DNA of 64,000 nt from Candidatus Planktophila sp. (GTDB lineage: Bacteria; Actinomycetota; Actinomycetes; Nanopelagicales; Nanopelagicaceae): the NCBI GenBank assembly GCA_044353885.1, contig JBILBC010000001.1, positions 2,544 to 66,543 on the forward strand. Direction: 5' to 3'. Shown piece by piece: positions 9,960 through 20,205 of the stretch (the first letter of the stretch is position 1; each line of letters starts with the position of its first letter). The translations under genes and the position numbers were made by a program. Under the pieces are notes generated by a model. The model searched no databases, was not told the origin of the DNA, and saw only the letters and a program-made list of their open reading frames with translations.

Positions 9960-11219
9960 ATGTCCGATCTTTCAATTCGCTATCAAACTGGTGCCCCACA
10001 ACATCTCGAGACGAGATTTGCTGCGCGAGCTGCCGGAATGTTGCCATCTGAAATTCGCTCACTCTTTGCTGTTGCATCCCGTCCTGAAATTGTTTCTCTC
10101 GCAGGTGGAATGCCAAATCTTTCAGCACTTCCTATGGAGATGATGGCTGGTGTTGTGAATGAACTTATTCTCACCAATGGCGCTGAAGCTCTTCAATATG
10201 GAAGCGGTCAGGGACATCCCAAGCTTCGCGAACAGATCTGTGATGTGATGGCACTTGAAGGAATTCGCGCAAACGCTGATGACATTGTTGTCACAACTGG
10301 TTCCCAACAAGCGCTCGACCTTATTTCACGTATCTTTATTGATCCAGGCGATGTTGTTCTCGTTGAAGCACCTTCTTATGTGGGAGCACTAGGAACTTTC
10401 CGCCAATATGAAGCATCCGTTGTTCACGTTGAGATGGATAACGATGGATTAATCCCTGAATCTCTACGTGCTGCAATTAAGAGTGTGCGCGCTGCAGGGC
10501 GCAAGATTAAATTCCTATATTTGATCCCTAACTACCAAAACCCAACAGGTGTCTGCCTTCCAGCAGATCGCCGCACAGAGATTCTTGCCATCTGCCGCGA
10601 AGCTGAGATCTTTGTTGTTGAAGATAACCCTTATGGCCTTCTTGGCTTTGATAAGCCATCACCAAATGCGATGCGCGCTGAAGATTCAGAGAATGTCATC
10701 TACTTAGGTTCATTTTCCAAGACCATCGCATCAGGTCTTCGCATTGGCTGGGCACTTGTTCCACAATCACTCAAAGATAAGTTGGTGATTGCATCTGAAT
10801 CTTCGATTCTTTGTCCATCAAACTTCACACAACTCACAATCTCTAGCTATTTAGCTGATCAGCCATGGCGCGATCAGATTGCAAGTTTCTGTGAGCTCTA
10901 TAAGGTGCGCCGCGATGCGATGCTTGAGTCCCTTGAACAACATTTCCCAGCAGAGGCAACATGGACAAAGCCTGGCGGCGGTTTCTATGTCTGGGTCAAT
11001 CTTCCTGCTGAGATCGATACAAAAGCTCTTATGCCAAAGGCGATTGTTGCCAAGGTTGCATACGTTCCAGGCAATGCCTTCTATGCAGATGGACTTGGTT
11101 CATGGGCGATGCGTCTTTCCTACTGCCACCCAACTCCTGAGCGAATCCGCGAAGGTGTCAAAGCACTTGGTGGAGTTATCAAGCAAGAGATGCAGCGCCG
11201 CGGCACTGCAATTAATTAA
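9960..11219 (+). CDS. PLP-dependent aminotransferase class I/II (LysN/MocR-like catalytic domain)
   Basis: SLAGGMP, GSQQALD, IPNYQNPTG, EDNPY, GSFSKTIASGLRIGW. Confidence 0.9.
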   Translation: MSDLSIRYQTGAPQHLETRFAARAAGMLPSEIRSLFAVASRPEIVSLAGGMPNLSALPMEMMAGVVNELILTNGAEALQYGSGQGHPKLREQICDVMALEGIRANADDIVVTTGSQQALDLISRIFIDPGDVVLVEAPSYVGALGTFRQYEASVVHVEMDNDGLIPESLRAAIKSVRAAGRKIKFLYLIPNYQNPTGVCLPADRRTEILAICREAEIFVVEDNPYGLLGFDKPSPNAMRAEDSENVIYLGSFSKTIASGLRIGWALVPQSLKDKLVIASESSILCPSNFTQLTISSYLADQPWRDQIASFCELYKVRRDAMLESLEQHFPAEATWTKPGGGFYVWVNLPAEIDTKALMPKAIVAKVAYVPGNAFYADGLGSWAMRLSYCHPTPERIREGVKALGGVIKQEMQRRGTAIN

Positions 11220-11224
11220 ACTTT

Positions 11225-12091
11225 TTACTTTCCTTCGATCAAATCAACAATACGTTGTAGATCTTCACTGCCTGCAAATTCAATAACAATCTTTCCCTTA
11301 CCCTTACCGCTCTCAACACTGACGCGCGTATCTAGGTAATCACTTAACAACTCAGCGGCTGCAAGCCCCGCACCAGAGACACCCTTAGTTGCAGACTTTT
11401 TTGTTATCTTAGTTGAAGGCTTCATCGTTGCAATGATCTCCTCCACTGCGCGCACAGATAAGCCTTCAGCGACGATGCGTGATGCCAGCTTTTCAATATC
11501 GGCTGAATCTGTAAGACCTAAGAGTGCACGTGCATGTCCTGCAGAGATAACTCCTGCTGCCACCTTGCGCTGCACAGCATCTGGCAGATTAAGAAGACGA
11601 ATAGTGTTGGAGATCAGTGGGCGCGAGCGTCCCAACTTGAGTGCGAGCTCATCATGGGTGCAACCAAAATCAGAAAGTAGTTGTGCGTAGGCAGCGCCTT
11701 CTTCCAGTGGGTTGAGATTGCTGCGATGAATATTTTCAATGAGAGCATCACGAAGTAATTCATTATCTGGAGTCTGGCGAATAATGACAGGGATAGATGT
11801 CAGGCCTGCAGCTTTTGCTGCGCGGAAGCGTCGCTCTCCCATAATGAGTTCATATTTATTCTCTGCCACTTTGCGAACAACAGGTGGTTGCAAGATGCCG
11901 ATTGATTTAATGGATGCGATTAATTCATTAAGCGCAGTCTCATCAAAGACTGTGCGGGGCTGGCGTGGGTTAGGAAAGATTTGGTTAACAGGAATCTCAT
12001 TCTGTTGTGCAACTTCTGTGCCTGCAACAGTTAAGGATGTTGGGATAAGTGAATCAAGATTTGTTCCAAGACCACCACGCTTAACTGCCAT
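11225..12091 (-). CDS. parB: Chromosome partitioning protein ParB
   Basis: KRGGLG, PNPRQPR, GERRFRA, ENIHRSNL, HTH SRPLISNTIRLL, GHARALL. Confidence 0.96.
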   Translation of the reverse strand: MAVKRGGLGTNLDSLIPTSLTVAGTEVAQQNEIPVNQIFPNPRQPRTVFDETALNELIASIKSIGILQPPVVRKVAENKYELIMGERRFRAAKAAGLTSIPVIIRQTPDNELLRDALIENIHRSNLNPLEEGAAYAQLLSDFGCTHDELALKLGRSRPLISNTIRLLNLPDAVQRKVAAGVISAGHARALLGLTDSADIEKLASRIVAEGLSVRAVEEIIATMKPSTKITKKSATKGVSGAGLAAAELLSDYLDTRVSVESGKGKGKIVIEFAGSEDLQRIVDLIEGK

Positions 12092-13005
12092 TACGCGATT
12101 CCACCTTTGTAATTGATGCTGACGACATTTCCATCAAATACCACTTCATCTTTAGCTTTTCCGCGCTCTGCAATCTCTCGCGCAACCTGCATATATGCAA
12201 TAGCACCAGGTGAGAGTGGGTCATATGTCATCACTGTCTGGCTATAAGAGGGCGCTTCAGATACTCGCACTGCGCGAGGAATAGGAATATCAATGAGTTC
12301 ATTAGGAAAGTGTGATCGCACATTTGCTGCAACATCATTGGATAGTCGCGTGCGCGAATCAAACATTGTTAAGACAATCGTTGAAAGATTTAAGTTTGGA
12401 TTCAATCGCTTCTTCACAACACCATACGTTTCAAGAAGTTGTGACAAGCCTTCAAGTGCGTAGTACTCAGTTTGAATAGGAATTAACAATTCCTTTGATG
12501 CAGCAAATGCATTGATGGTAAGTAGCCCAAGAGATGGTGGGCAATCGATAAAGATGTAATCGTAATTAACGCTAATACTTTCAATTGCCTCTTTGAGTTG
12601 TAGCTCGCGCGCAACCATGGAGACTAAATTAATTTCAGCGTTAGCAAGTGAAGTATTTGATGAAACACAATCAAGAACAGGAAAGCCTGCAACTTTCTGA
12701 ACAACATCTAACATCTGCGCATTGCCCATCAATACTTCATAGACACCTGCGCTCTCGCGATGTTCAACACCGAGGGCAGTGGATGCATTTCCTTGTGGGT
12801 CGAGATCAATGACTAGAACTCGTAGGCCGCCCATAGCAAGGGCTGCTGCCACATTGACGGTGGTGGTGGTCTTACCCACCCCGCCCTTCTGGTTGGCCAC
12901 GGTGAAGATGCGGGTGGAGGCAGGCTTTGCCATGGGGTCTTTCAGGCGCCTAACCCCTACGACCTTCTGGCCGTTATTGGTTTCACGTGAATCATCGCCA
13001 GCCAT
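12091..13005 (-). CDS. parA: Chromosome partitioning ATPase ParA (Soj)
   Basis: NQKGGVGKTT, DLDPQGN, DCPPSLG, RVSEAPS. Stop overlaps the parB start; an alternative start exists at 12933. Confidence 0.96.
   Translation of the reverse strand: MAGDDSRETNNGQKVVGVRRLKDPMAKPASTRIFTVANQKGGVGKTTTTVNVAAALAMGGLRVLVIDLDPQGNASTALGVEHRESAGVYEVLMGNAQMLDVVQKVAGFPVLDCVSSNTSLANAEINLVSMVARELQLKEAIESISVNYDYIFIDCPPSLGLLTINAFAASKELLIPIQTEYYALEGLSQLLETYGVVKKRLNPNLNLSTIVLTMFDSRTRLSNDVAANVRSHFPNELIDIPIPRAVRVSEAPSYSQTVMTYDPLSPGAIAYMQVAREIAERGKAKDEVVFDGNVVSINYKGGIA
12979..12994. promoter_or_regulatory. parS site (centromere-like ParB binding site)
   Basis: GGTTTCACGTGAATCA, 14/16 match to TGTTTCACGTGAAACA; lies in the 5' end of parA. 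Confidence 0.75.
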
Positions 13006-13020
13006 GGACGAATCTAATCA

Positions 13021-13611
13021 TTAAAGAGGGGCGCTTCCTTTACGAAGCTCAACGATGCGCCCGAGTCCGATTCCCTCAAGGGTAATTTCATGCAATTTAG
13101 CGTTCTTCATATCAGCCATCTCAGCTGCTGCCCCCTCCCCCTTCATGGCAAGAAGGGATCCATTGGTCTTGACCATATGCCAGCTCATCTTCTTTAACTT
13201 CTCAAGGGGTGCAACCGCTCGGGCTGTGACGAAATCAGCCACCTTCTTCACATCTTGGGCTCTGCCTCGAATGACCTCGATATTGGTGCCGGCCGTTGCC
13301 TCTTTGAGGAATTCCACTCGGCGCTCAAGGGGTTCAATTAGAGTTACCTGCAGATCTGGACGGGCTAAGGCGATGACAATGCCAGGTAGGCCTGCCCCTG
13401 ATCCAATATCAAAGAGGGATGCGCCCTGCGGCAGCAAGGTGGTGATATGAAGGCAGTTGAAGATATGGCGATCCCAGATGCGCTCGCCTTCGCGAGGGCC
13501 TATCAGACCACGCTCAATTCCGGCGGTGACCAAAAACTCGGCAAAGGCTGCAATCTCAGCTTCTCGCTCTGGGAAGTAGCGGCCGACTAGCCCCTCTACT
13601 GATTGTTCCAC
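13021..13611 (-). CDS. rsmG: 16S rRNA m7G527 methyltransferase RsmG (GidB)
   Basis: RGLIGPRE, WDRHI, DIGSGAGLPG, TARAVAPL. Confidence 0.95.
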   Translation of the reverse strand: MEQSVEGLVGRYFPEREAEIAAFAEFLVTAGIERGLIGPREGERIWDRHIFNCLHITTLLPQGASLFDIGSGAGLPGIVIALARPDLQVTLIEPLERRVEFLKEATAGTNIEVIRGRAQDVKKVADFVTARAVAPLEKLKKMSWHMVKTNGSLLAMKGEGAAAEMADMKNAKLHEITLEGIGLGRIVELRKGSAPL

Positions 13612-13619
13612 GTGAAACT
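13604..13619. promoter_or_regulatory. parS site
   Basis: TGTTCCACGTGAAACT, 15/16 match to TGTTNCACGTGAAACA; overlaps the rsmG start and jag stop. Confidence 0.88.
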
Positions 13620-14142
13620 ACGCTGGGTAGATTACGACGAAGCGGTTTGGGTCTTCTCCATCAGATTCTGATGTGAGCCCCAAGGTCTGGATTGTGTCGT
13701 GGATAATCTTGCGCTCAAAGGCGTTCATTGGGTCTAACTTGATTGAGCTTCCTGTGGTATTTGCCTGCTCAGCCATCTTCTCAGCAAGGGCTGTGAGCTC
13801 CTTGCGGCGGCCAGCGCGGAATCCATCGATATCAAGCATCAGGCGGCTGCGATCTCCTGTGGAGGTCTGAACTGCCAGGCGTGTGAGCTCCTGGATTGAA
13901 TCAAGGACCTCGCCTTCAGCCCCAACGAGGTGCTTAAGCTTGCCACCGACGATTGCTAGGGATGCGCGACCATTCTCCACATCGATATCGATATCTCCAT
14001 CGAGATCTGCGATATCGAGTAGGCCCTCGAGGTAGTCGGCTGCGATATCGCCCTCTTCCTCAAGCTTTGCCACGCTCTTTGGAGCTTTAGCTACTGCATC
14101 AACAGTCTCTTCTACTTCTACAACTTCTGTTACATCTGACAT
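13618..14142 (-). CDS. jag: Jag/KhpB RNA-binding protein (KH + R3H)
   Basis: EEEGDIAADYLEGLLD, LVGAEGEVLDSIQEL, R3H motif ERKIIHD. Confidence 0.92.
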   Translation of the reverse strand: MSDVTEVVEVEETVDAVAKAPKSVAKLEEEGDIAADYLEGLLDIADLDGDIDIDVENGRASLAIVGGKLKHLVGAEGEVLDSIQELTRLAVQTSTGDRSRLMLDIDGFRAGRRKELTALAEKMAEQANTTGSSIKLDPMNAFERKIIHDTIQTLGLTSESDGEDPNRFVVIYPA

Positions 14143-14193
14143 TTCATGCCCCTTTTATCCTTATAAAGCGTTATTAATAGTATTTGTCTGAAT

Positions 14194-15126
14194 TTACTTC
14201 TTCTTCTTTTTCTTCTTCTTTGGTTGTTCTCGTTGTCCCTGAACTTCTGGCTCAATTGCCTCGTCCTGGTCAATTCCTTCTGCGCCTTTGGCATCGAGCT
14301 TGTCCTTATGGGCGCGCTTTCTCTGAAGCTCCTCATAGGCGGGAGATCCCGGCGTTGGGTTTCGCTTAATGACGTAGTACTGCTGTCCCCATGTCCAGAG
14401 GTTTGTTGTCGACCAGTAAATCAAAACTCCTACAGGGAAGTTCACACCTGAGATTGCAAAGATGACTGGGAATAAATACAACATGATTTTTTGCTGTTGA
14501 AGCATCATGTTATTTGATGCATCCATCTTTGGCATTCCCTTAACCATCAACTGACGTTGAGTTGTAAAGGTTGTTGCTGACATAAAGATGATGAGAAGAA
14601 CTGTGACAATCTTTACTGTGGTGTCAGTTGAACCAAGGAAGCTCTGTGAAATCTTTGCACCGAAGAATGCCGCTTGTGCTGCGCTATCAAGATATTCACC
14701 TTTAAGGAATCCGCGTGCAATAGGTGCTGAGACACCTTCAGGTGTCTTTGCTGCGATTCCATTAAGAACGGTAAAGAGTGCAAAGAAGATTGGTGCTTGG
14801 GCAAGGATTGGAAAACATGATGCAAGTGGGTTTGTCTTATGCTCTTTATAGAGCTTCATCATCTCTTCAGATTGCTTCTGGCGATCATCTTTATACTTCT
14901 TTTGAATCTCTTTCATATGTGGTTGCAGCGCTGTCAGAGCGCGCTGGCTCTTGATCTGCTTGACGAAGAGTGGAATCAAAATAATACGGATAAGAACAAC
15001 AAGTCCCATGATGGAGAGCGTCCATGTCACACCTGAGTCTGCACCGAATAGTGGCTCAAGAAGTTTATGGATAAAGACAATAACGCCAGAGACGATGTTA
15101 TAGAGAGGATTGAGAATAAAGCCCAT
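14194..15126 (-). CDS. yidC: Membrane protein insertase YidC
   Basis: VLIRIILIPL, QPHMKEIQKKY, NPLASCFP, GVLIYW; poly-Lys C-terminus. Confidence 0.95.
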   Translation of the reverse strand: MGFILNPLYNIVSGVIVFIHKLLEPLFGADSGVTWTLSIMGLVVLIRIILIPLFVKQIKSQRALTALQPHMKEIQKKYKDDRQKQSEEMMKLYKEHKTNPLASCFPILAQAPIFFALFTVLNGIAAKTPEGVSAPIARGFLKGEYLDSAAQAAFFGAKISQSFLGSTDTTVKIVTVLLIIFMSATTFTTQRQLMVKGMPKMDASNNMMLQQQKIMLYLFPVIFAISGVNFPVGVLIYWSTTNLWTWGQQYYVIKRNPTPGSPAYEELQRKRAHKDKLDAKGAEGIDQDEAIEPEVQGQREQPKKKKKKKK

Positions 15127-15398
15127 TAGTTAGCGCCCACCGCTTCTTTTTCGTTATCGCGAGTTAAGTTCTTTGCATCAGCACAGTCAAGGTGAGCGTC
15201 GACATAATCAACACCACCTTGTGACCATGGATTACAGCGCACGATGCGCCAGGTGGCCATGGCAATTCCTTTAAATCCATAGCGACCAATTGCTGTGATC
15301 GCATAGTTTGAACATGATGGGTAGTACTTACAACGTGGTGCAAAGTTAGATGTTGCCACCTGGTATGCGCGCACAAGGGCTGTCAGAATCATTCTCAT
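15126..15398 (-). CDS. yidD: Membrane protein insertion efficiency factor YidD
   Basis: RCKYYPSCSNY, RIVRCNPWSQGGVD. Confidence 0.93.
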   Translation of the reverse strand: MRMILTALVRAYQVATSNFAPRCKYYPSCSNYAITAIGRYGFKGIAMATWRIVRCNPWSQGGVDYVDAHLDCADAKNLTRDNEKEAVGAN

Positions 15399-15754
15399 TA
15401 CTTGGCCGCTACTTTCTCGGCGCGCGAAATGAGCTTTGCAATCAACTCTGAGATTTCAGTTTCGATATTGGAATCGCCCTCTTGTCCAAGTGCTCGGATT
15501 ACTAGAAGGGATCCGGTTGGAAGAGTTGGGATAAGTGGGGTGATCGCATGGCGTACTTTGCGTGCAACGCGATGGCGCTTTACTGATCCGCCGACTGCCT
15601 TACTAATAATGAGTCCGCACTTTGCACTTGCTGCATTTGTGACAGGTGAGATGTAGAGATATCCAACGAAGTGTTGTGTGGTAACTCGGATGCCGCTCTT
15701 AGTTGCACGAGCGAAATCTGAGCTTTGCGTTAAACGTGCGTCTACTGGGAGCAC
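15398..15754 (-). CDS. rnpA: Ribonuclease P protein component
   Basis: MLP...RL..SSDF, GLIISKAVG, RNR-like KRHRVARKVR; located between rpmH and yidD. Confidence 0.9.
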   Translation of the reverse strand: MLPVDARLTQSSDFARATKSGIRVTTQHFVGYLYISPVTNAASAKCGLIISKAVGGSVKRHRVARKVRHAITPLIPTLPTGSLLVIRALGQEGDSNIETEISELIAKLISRAEKVAAK

Positions 15755-15781
15755 GAGAAGTTGCCGTTGCGCTCTTTAAAC

Positions 15782-15919
15782 TTACGCTGAGAGCTTTATG
15801 CGGCCCTTAGCGCGACGAGCAGAGAGAACTGCACGTCCTGCGCGTGTTGCCATGCGGGCGCGGAAGCCGTGCTTCTTGGCGCGACGACGCGTATTTGGCT
15901 GGAAGGTGCGCTTTGTCAT
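15782..15919 (-). CDS. rpmH: 50S ribosomal protein L34
   Basis: Below the ORF-track cutoff; hand translation [45 protein letters not shown]; SD GGAG. Confidence 0.98.
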   Translation of the reverse strand: MTKRTFQPNTRRRAKKHGFRARMATRAGRAVLSARRAKGRIKLSA

Positions 15920-15999
15920 GAGAACTCCAAAATCTGTGAGGCGCTAATTACGCCTATCGGGTCATAAGTACGGGGGAAGCAAGGAGGTAACGGTAAGGG

Positions 16000-16184
16000 T
16001 GTGGATAGGTGTGGGTCAAACTCGCGATCTAGCCCCTGGCAACCCTCAACTTGTGGATAACCACTTGCTATTTGGGGCAATCGGGTCTACTTTGCGGGTT
16101 CTCCACAGGTATCCGTCATTTTCGGCCTAAATCAAGGGTAAACCCCAACTTTAGACCACAGCCTGTGGATAACATTGTGGATAG
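16000..16184. promoter_or_regulatory. DnaA-box cluster upstream of dnaA
   Basis: Perfect TGTGGATAA at 16052-16060 and 16164-16172; single-mismatch boxes at 16000-16008, 16099-16107 and 16176-16184. Confidence 0.9.
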
Positions 16185-16199
16185 ACCTGGGGGCTTGAA

Positions 16200-17603
16200 A
16201 TGGCAGTTGTTGGCGTTGAGCTAACTGAGCTCTGGGATCGCATCGTTGAGCATGTCTCAGCCGGTGAGCCCCAGCATCGCGCCTTCTTAGCGATGACTAA
16301 GCCCCTCGGTCTTCTACAAAATGAAGGTGGCGCCACATCCCTTCTGGTTGCAGCACCTAATGCCTTTGCAAAAGATGTTCTTGAATCCAGACTTCGCGCA
16401 GTTGTTAATGAAGTTCTCACCAATGAATTAGGTGAGAAGGCAAATATTGCAGTGATGGTCGATGAGACTTTAGAGCTTGCAGATCTTCCAGCTCCCACCA
16501 TTGTTGTTGAGAGTGTCTCCACACGACCTGGCACAGGCCGCGATGATGAAGGCTCCCGTAAGACAGATGAGCCATCACAACTCAATGCTCGCTACATCTT
16601 TGAAACATTTGTTATCGGTGCATCTAATCGCTTTGCACATGCTGCAGCAGTTGCTGTGGCGGAGGCGCCAGCGAAGGCATATAACCCACTCTTTATTTAT
16701 GGTGAGTCAGGTCTTGGTAAGACTCACTTGCTCCACGCAATTGGTGCTTATGCCAAAGAGCTCTATGGCAATACTCGCGTGCGCTATGTCTCCTCTGAAG
16801 AATTTACCAATGACTTTATTAACTCTATCCGTGATGATAAAGCTACAGCTTTCCAGCGTCGTTATCGCGACCTCGACATCTTGCTTGTCGATGATATTCA
16901 ATTCTTAGAAAATAAAGAGCGCACACAGGAAGAGTTCTTCCACACCTTTAATACGCTCTATAACGCTAATAAACAAATAGTTATTTCATCCGATCGCCCG
17001 CCCAAGCAATTAACCACACTGGAAGATCGCCTGCGTTCACGATTTGAGTGGGGTTTGATTACAGATATCCAGCCACCAGAACTAGAAACTCGTATTGCAA
17101 TTCTTCGCAAGAAAGCTGCGCAAGATAAATTAAATGCACCCGATGATGTTCTTGAATTTATCGCATCGAAGATCTCTACCAATATCCGCGAGCTTGAAGG
17201 TGCACTAATTCGCGTGACAGCATTTGCATCCCTTAACCGCCAGGTCGTTGATATGGGTCTTGCTGAAATCGTATTGAAGGATTTGATTCCTAATGAGATT
17301 AACTCTGAGATTACTGCGCCCACCATCATGGCTCAGACTGCTGCTTATTACAGCCTGACGATTGATGACCTCTGTGGAACATCTCGATCTCGCGCACTAG
17401 TAAATGCTCGCCAGATTGCGATGTATCTATGTCGCGAACTCACTGAGTTATCACTACCGAAGATCGGCCAGACATTTGGCGGCCGCGATCACACCACTGT
17501 GATGCATGCTGATCGAAAGATCCGCGAGCTTATGGCTGAGCGCCGCTCGATCTATAACCAGGTTAATGAGTTGACCACCCGTATTAAGCAGCAGATGAAG
17601 TAA
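16200..17603 (+). CDS. dnaA: Chromosomal replication initiator DnaA
   Basis: [44 protein letters not shown]. Confidence 0.99.
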   Translation: MAVVGVELTELWDRIVEHVSAGEPQHRAFLAMTKPLGLLQNEGGATSLLVAAPNAFAKDVLESRLRAVVNEVLTNELGEKANIAVMVDETLELADLPAPTIVVESVSTRPGTGRDDEGSRKTDEPSQLNARYIFETFVIGASNRFAHAAAVAVAEAPAKAYNPLFIYGESGLGKTHLLHAIGAYAKELYGNTRVRYVSSEEFTNDFINSIRDDKATAFQRRYRDLDILLVDDIQFLENKERTQEEFFHTFNTLYNANKQIVISSDRPPKQLTTLEDRLRSRFEWGLITDIQPPELETRIAILRKKAAQDKLNAPDDVLEFIASKISTNIRELEGALIRVTAFASLNRQVVDMGLAEIVLKDLIPNEINSEITAPTIMAQTAAYYSLTIDDLCGTSRSRALVNARQIAMYLCRELTELSLPKIGQTFGGRDHTTVMHADRKIRELMAERRSIYNQVNELTTRIKQQMK

Positions 17604-17964
17604 ATTCCTAAATAGGGGTTATGTCCGTTTTCACCCCCTTTACCCCCAGATGGGGATAAGTTGTGGATAACTGTGGATATAGGCGCTATTTATGTGGGTA
17701 ACAGGCTTTGATCAGCACAAGTAGAGAAAAGGGAGTTTTAGTGGCGGTAGTAGCGCACACCTTTACCCACAGCCAGCGCGGTGTTTCCCACAGCGCCCCA
17801 CAGGCAAATAAAGGCTCTGACCAGCACTTTTACCGTTTTTCCACAGTTTTACCTCGCGGTTACTACTACTACCTTTATATATATAAATCCCGTTTCCAAG
17901 CGGACCGCTTCCACATTAGATTTCCACTACTAATAAACACCTACATGGATCTGAGGGCTACGGC
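17604..17964. other. oriC (dnaA-dnaN intergenic region)
   Basis: DnaA boxes at 17651, 17662 (perfect), 17672, 17693, 17763, 17784 and 17837, followed by trio repeats and an AT-rich element. Confidence 0.92.
17837..17888. promoter_or_regulatory. Basal unwinding system: DnaA box, GC spacer, DnaA-trios, AT-rich DUE
   Basis: TTTTCCACA (17837-45), CGCGG, (TAC)x4 at 17861-72, TTTATATATATAAAT at 17874-88. Confidence 0.8.
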
Positions 17965-19095
17965 GTGAAATTTACTGTTGATCAACATTCACTAACAGAG
18001 GGAGTGAACTGGGTTTCACGAAGCCTGTCCACGCGCCCCATTAAAACCGAGCTGCTCGGAATCAAGATTGATGCAACCGGTGATGACGTAGTTTTAAGTG
18101 GTTCAGATTTAGAGACATCTTCTAAAGCGCATTTTAAAGCAGATATTTTAGAAAAAGGCGCAGTGCTAGTTCCTGGAAAGTTACTTGCAGAAATCTGCCG
18201 CTCACTTCCAAATAAACCAATCTCCATCACACTAGATGGCACACGAGTACTAGTCACATCAGGCTCTGCAAAATTTACTCTTCCCACACTTTCACTCTCA
18301 GAGTATCCAAATCTTCCGGAACTTCCTGAGACAACAGGATCAGTTGCAAGCGACACATTTGCAACAGCTGTTGCACAAGTTGCAATCGCAGCTGGCCGCG
18401 ATGATTCACTACCCACGCTTACTGGTGTTCATGTTGAAATCAATGAAGAGACAATCACACTCGCGGCCACAGATCGCTATCGCCTTGCAGTGCGTGAATT
18501 TAATTGGAACCCTGCAACACCAGGATTTTCAACATCAGCACTCATGCGCGCTCGCACGCTAGCTGATGCTGCTAAATCACTTGTAGGTTCAAAGAATGTT
18601 TCACTTTCTTTTGCGCCCACCACTTCGAATGATCGCCTTGCTGGATTTAGTGGCGACGGTAAGACAATGACTTCTCGAATGCTTGATGGAACTTTCCCTC
18701 CATACCGCCACCTACTACCAACTGAAACAGTCACCACTGCAGTAGTTGAAGTAGCACCTTTCCTTGATTCAGTACGCCGCGTTGCACTTGTGACAGATAA
18801 GACTGTTCCACTACGTCTTGAATTTAAAGATGGTGGGGTCTCACTTGAAGCAGGTGCAGGGGAAGAAGCACAAGCAACCGAAACTATTGATGTGCTTCTT
18901 AACGGTGAGCCAATCTCAATCGCATTTAATCCAGTCTTCTTAGCTGATGGCCTGCAAGCGGTGGGAACACCATTTGTGCAGATCTCATTTACCGGCTCCA
19001 ACAAACCTGCGATTCTCACAGGGCGCACAGAACCAAACGGCGCATCTATTGAGAACTATCGCTATCTGTTGATGCCTATGCGTTACGCCTCGTAA
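17965..19095 (+). CDS. dnaN: DNA polymerase III beta clamp
   Basis: GSDLE, SAKFTLP, AATDRYRL, FNPVFL, YLLMPMR; GTG start. Confidence 0.98.
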   Translation: MKFTVDQHSLTEGVNWVSRSLSTRPIKTELLGIKIDATGDDVVLSGSDLETSSKAHFKADILEKGAVLVPGKLLAEICRSLPNKPISITLDGTRVLVTSGSAKFTLPTLSLSEYPNLPELPETTGSVASDTFATAVAQVAIAAGRDDSLPTLTGVHVEINEETITLAATDRYRLAVREFNWNPATPGFSTSALMRARTLADAAKSLVGSKNVSLSFAPTTSNDRLAGFSGDGKTMTSRMLDGTFPPYRHLLPTETVTTAVVEVAPFLDSVRRVALVTDKTVPLRLEFKDGGVSLEAGAGEEAQATETIDVLLNGEPISIAFNPVFLADGLQAVGTPFVQISFTGSNKPAILTGRTEPNGASIENYRYLLMPMRYAS

Positions 19096-19108
19096 CTAAA
19101 GGTTCACT

Positions 19109-20203
19109 GTGCGCGTAACCCGGCTAACGCTGACAAATTTTCGCTCCTATAAAAACCTCGAGCTGGAATTTTCATCTGGCCCTACAACCTTTATTGGTAA
19201 TAACGGCAGTGGTAAAACAAATATTGCAGAGAGCCTTATCTATCTTGCATACCTGTCATCCCACCGCGTCTCTAATAATCAACCACTGGTTTCACTCGGC
19301 GCAGATCAAGCAATTATTCGCGCAGAGATTGAAAGCCAAGGAAGAACACTCCAGGTTGATCTTGAGATCAATGCAAATAAAGCTAACCGCGCACGGCTTA
19401 ATGGCAATGCAGTGAAGTCACAGCGCGAGATATTAGGCGCTCTGCAAATCATCTACTTCTCCCCTGAAGATCTAGATCTAGTTCGAGGTGAGCCCACACA
19501 CCGCCGTGATTTCCTGGACAAACTTCTTATTACTCAATCACCACGCCTTGCAGGTGTGATCTCTGATTATGAACGCGTTGTGAAGCAGCGCAACACACTG
19601 CTTAAAACAAGAGCGCCAGAGAATGCGCTTGTGCCATGGACCGAACAACTAATCTCATACGGTGCACAGTTATCGGCAGAGCGCATCAAGTTGGTGGATG
19701 AGCTAGGTCCTTATGTTGCAGCAAATTATGCAAACCTCAACGAAGTAAAAGCTGCATCGATTTCATATAAATCATCTACCGATAACTTATCTGCAGATAT
19801 TGAACATAATGTTGAGATTATGACCGCGCGCCAATTAGAAGTTGCACGCCAAGAGCAAGAGCGTGGAGTTTCATTGATTGGCCCACACCGCGATGATCTA
19901 CATCTCCAACTTGGAGACTTTCCTGCAAAAGGTTATGCAAGCCATGGTGAATCCTGGTCGATGGCCATTTCACTACGCATTGGTTCTTATAACTTACTTA
20001 AATCAGAAGGTGCAGAGCCCGTCTTAATTCTCGATGATATTTTTGCTGAGCTCGATACTGCGCGCCGCCAACAACTCACATCCGTCACGCAGATGGCAGA
20101 GCAAACTTTTATTACTGCAGCTGTTGAAAGTGATTTACCGGCAGAGTTACTATCAACCAAGTTCTATGTGACACCAGGTAGTGCTGTGAAGGGGGAGGCT
20201 TAA
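19109..20203 (+). CDS. recF: DNA replication/repair protein RecF
   Basis: LTNFRSY, GNNGSGKTN, GPHRDD, LILDDIFAELD. Confidence 0.98.
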   Translation: MRVTRLTLTNFRSYKNLELEFSSGPTTFIGNNGSGKTNIAESLIYLAYLSSHRVSNNQPLVSLGADQAIIRAEIESQGRTLQVDLEINANKANRARLNGNAVKSQREILGALQIIYFSPEDLDLVRGEPTHRRDFLDKLLITQSPRLAGVISDYERVVKQRNTLLKTRAPENALVPWTEQLISYGAQLSAERIKLVDELGPYVAANYANLNEVKAASISYKSSTDNLSADIEHNVEIMTARQLEVARQEQERGVSLIGPHRDDLHLQLGDFPAKGYASHGESWSMAISLRIGSYNLLKSEGAEPVLILDDIFAELDTARRQQLTSVTQMAEQTFITAAVESDLPAELLSTKFYVTPGSAVKGEA

Positions 20204-20205
20204 CA

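Noticed and set aside
12840-14060. Locally GC-richer stretch over the parA 5' end, rsmG and jag
   Set aside because: The genes are in canonical core synteny with no boundary features; the impression is unquantified and not evidence of transfer.
17708-17968. 86-aa ORF between dnaA and dnaN
   Set aside because: It runs across DnaA boxes, trios and the DUE of oriC, with no protein-like features; treated as spurious.
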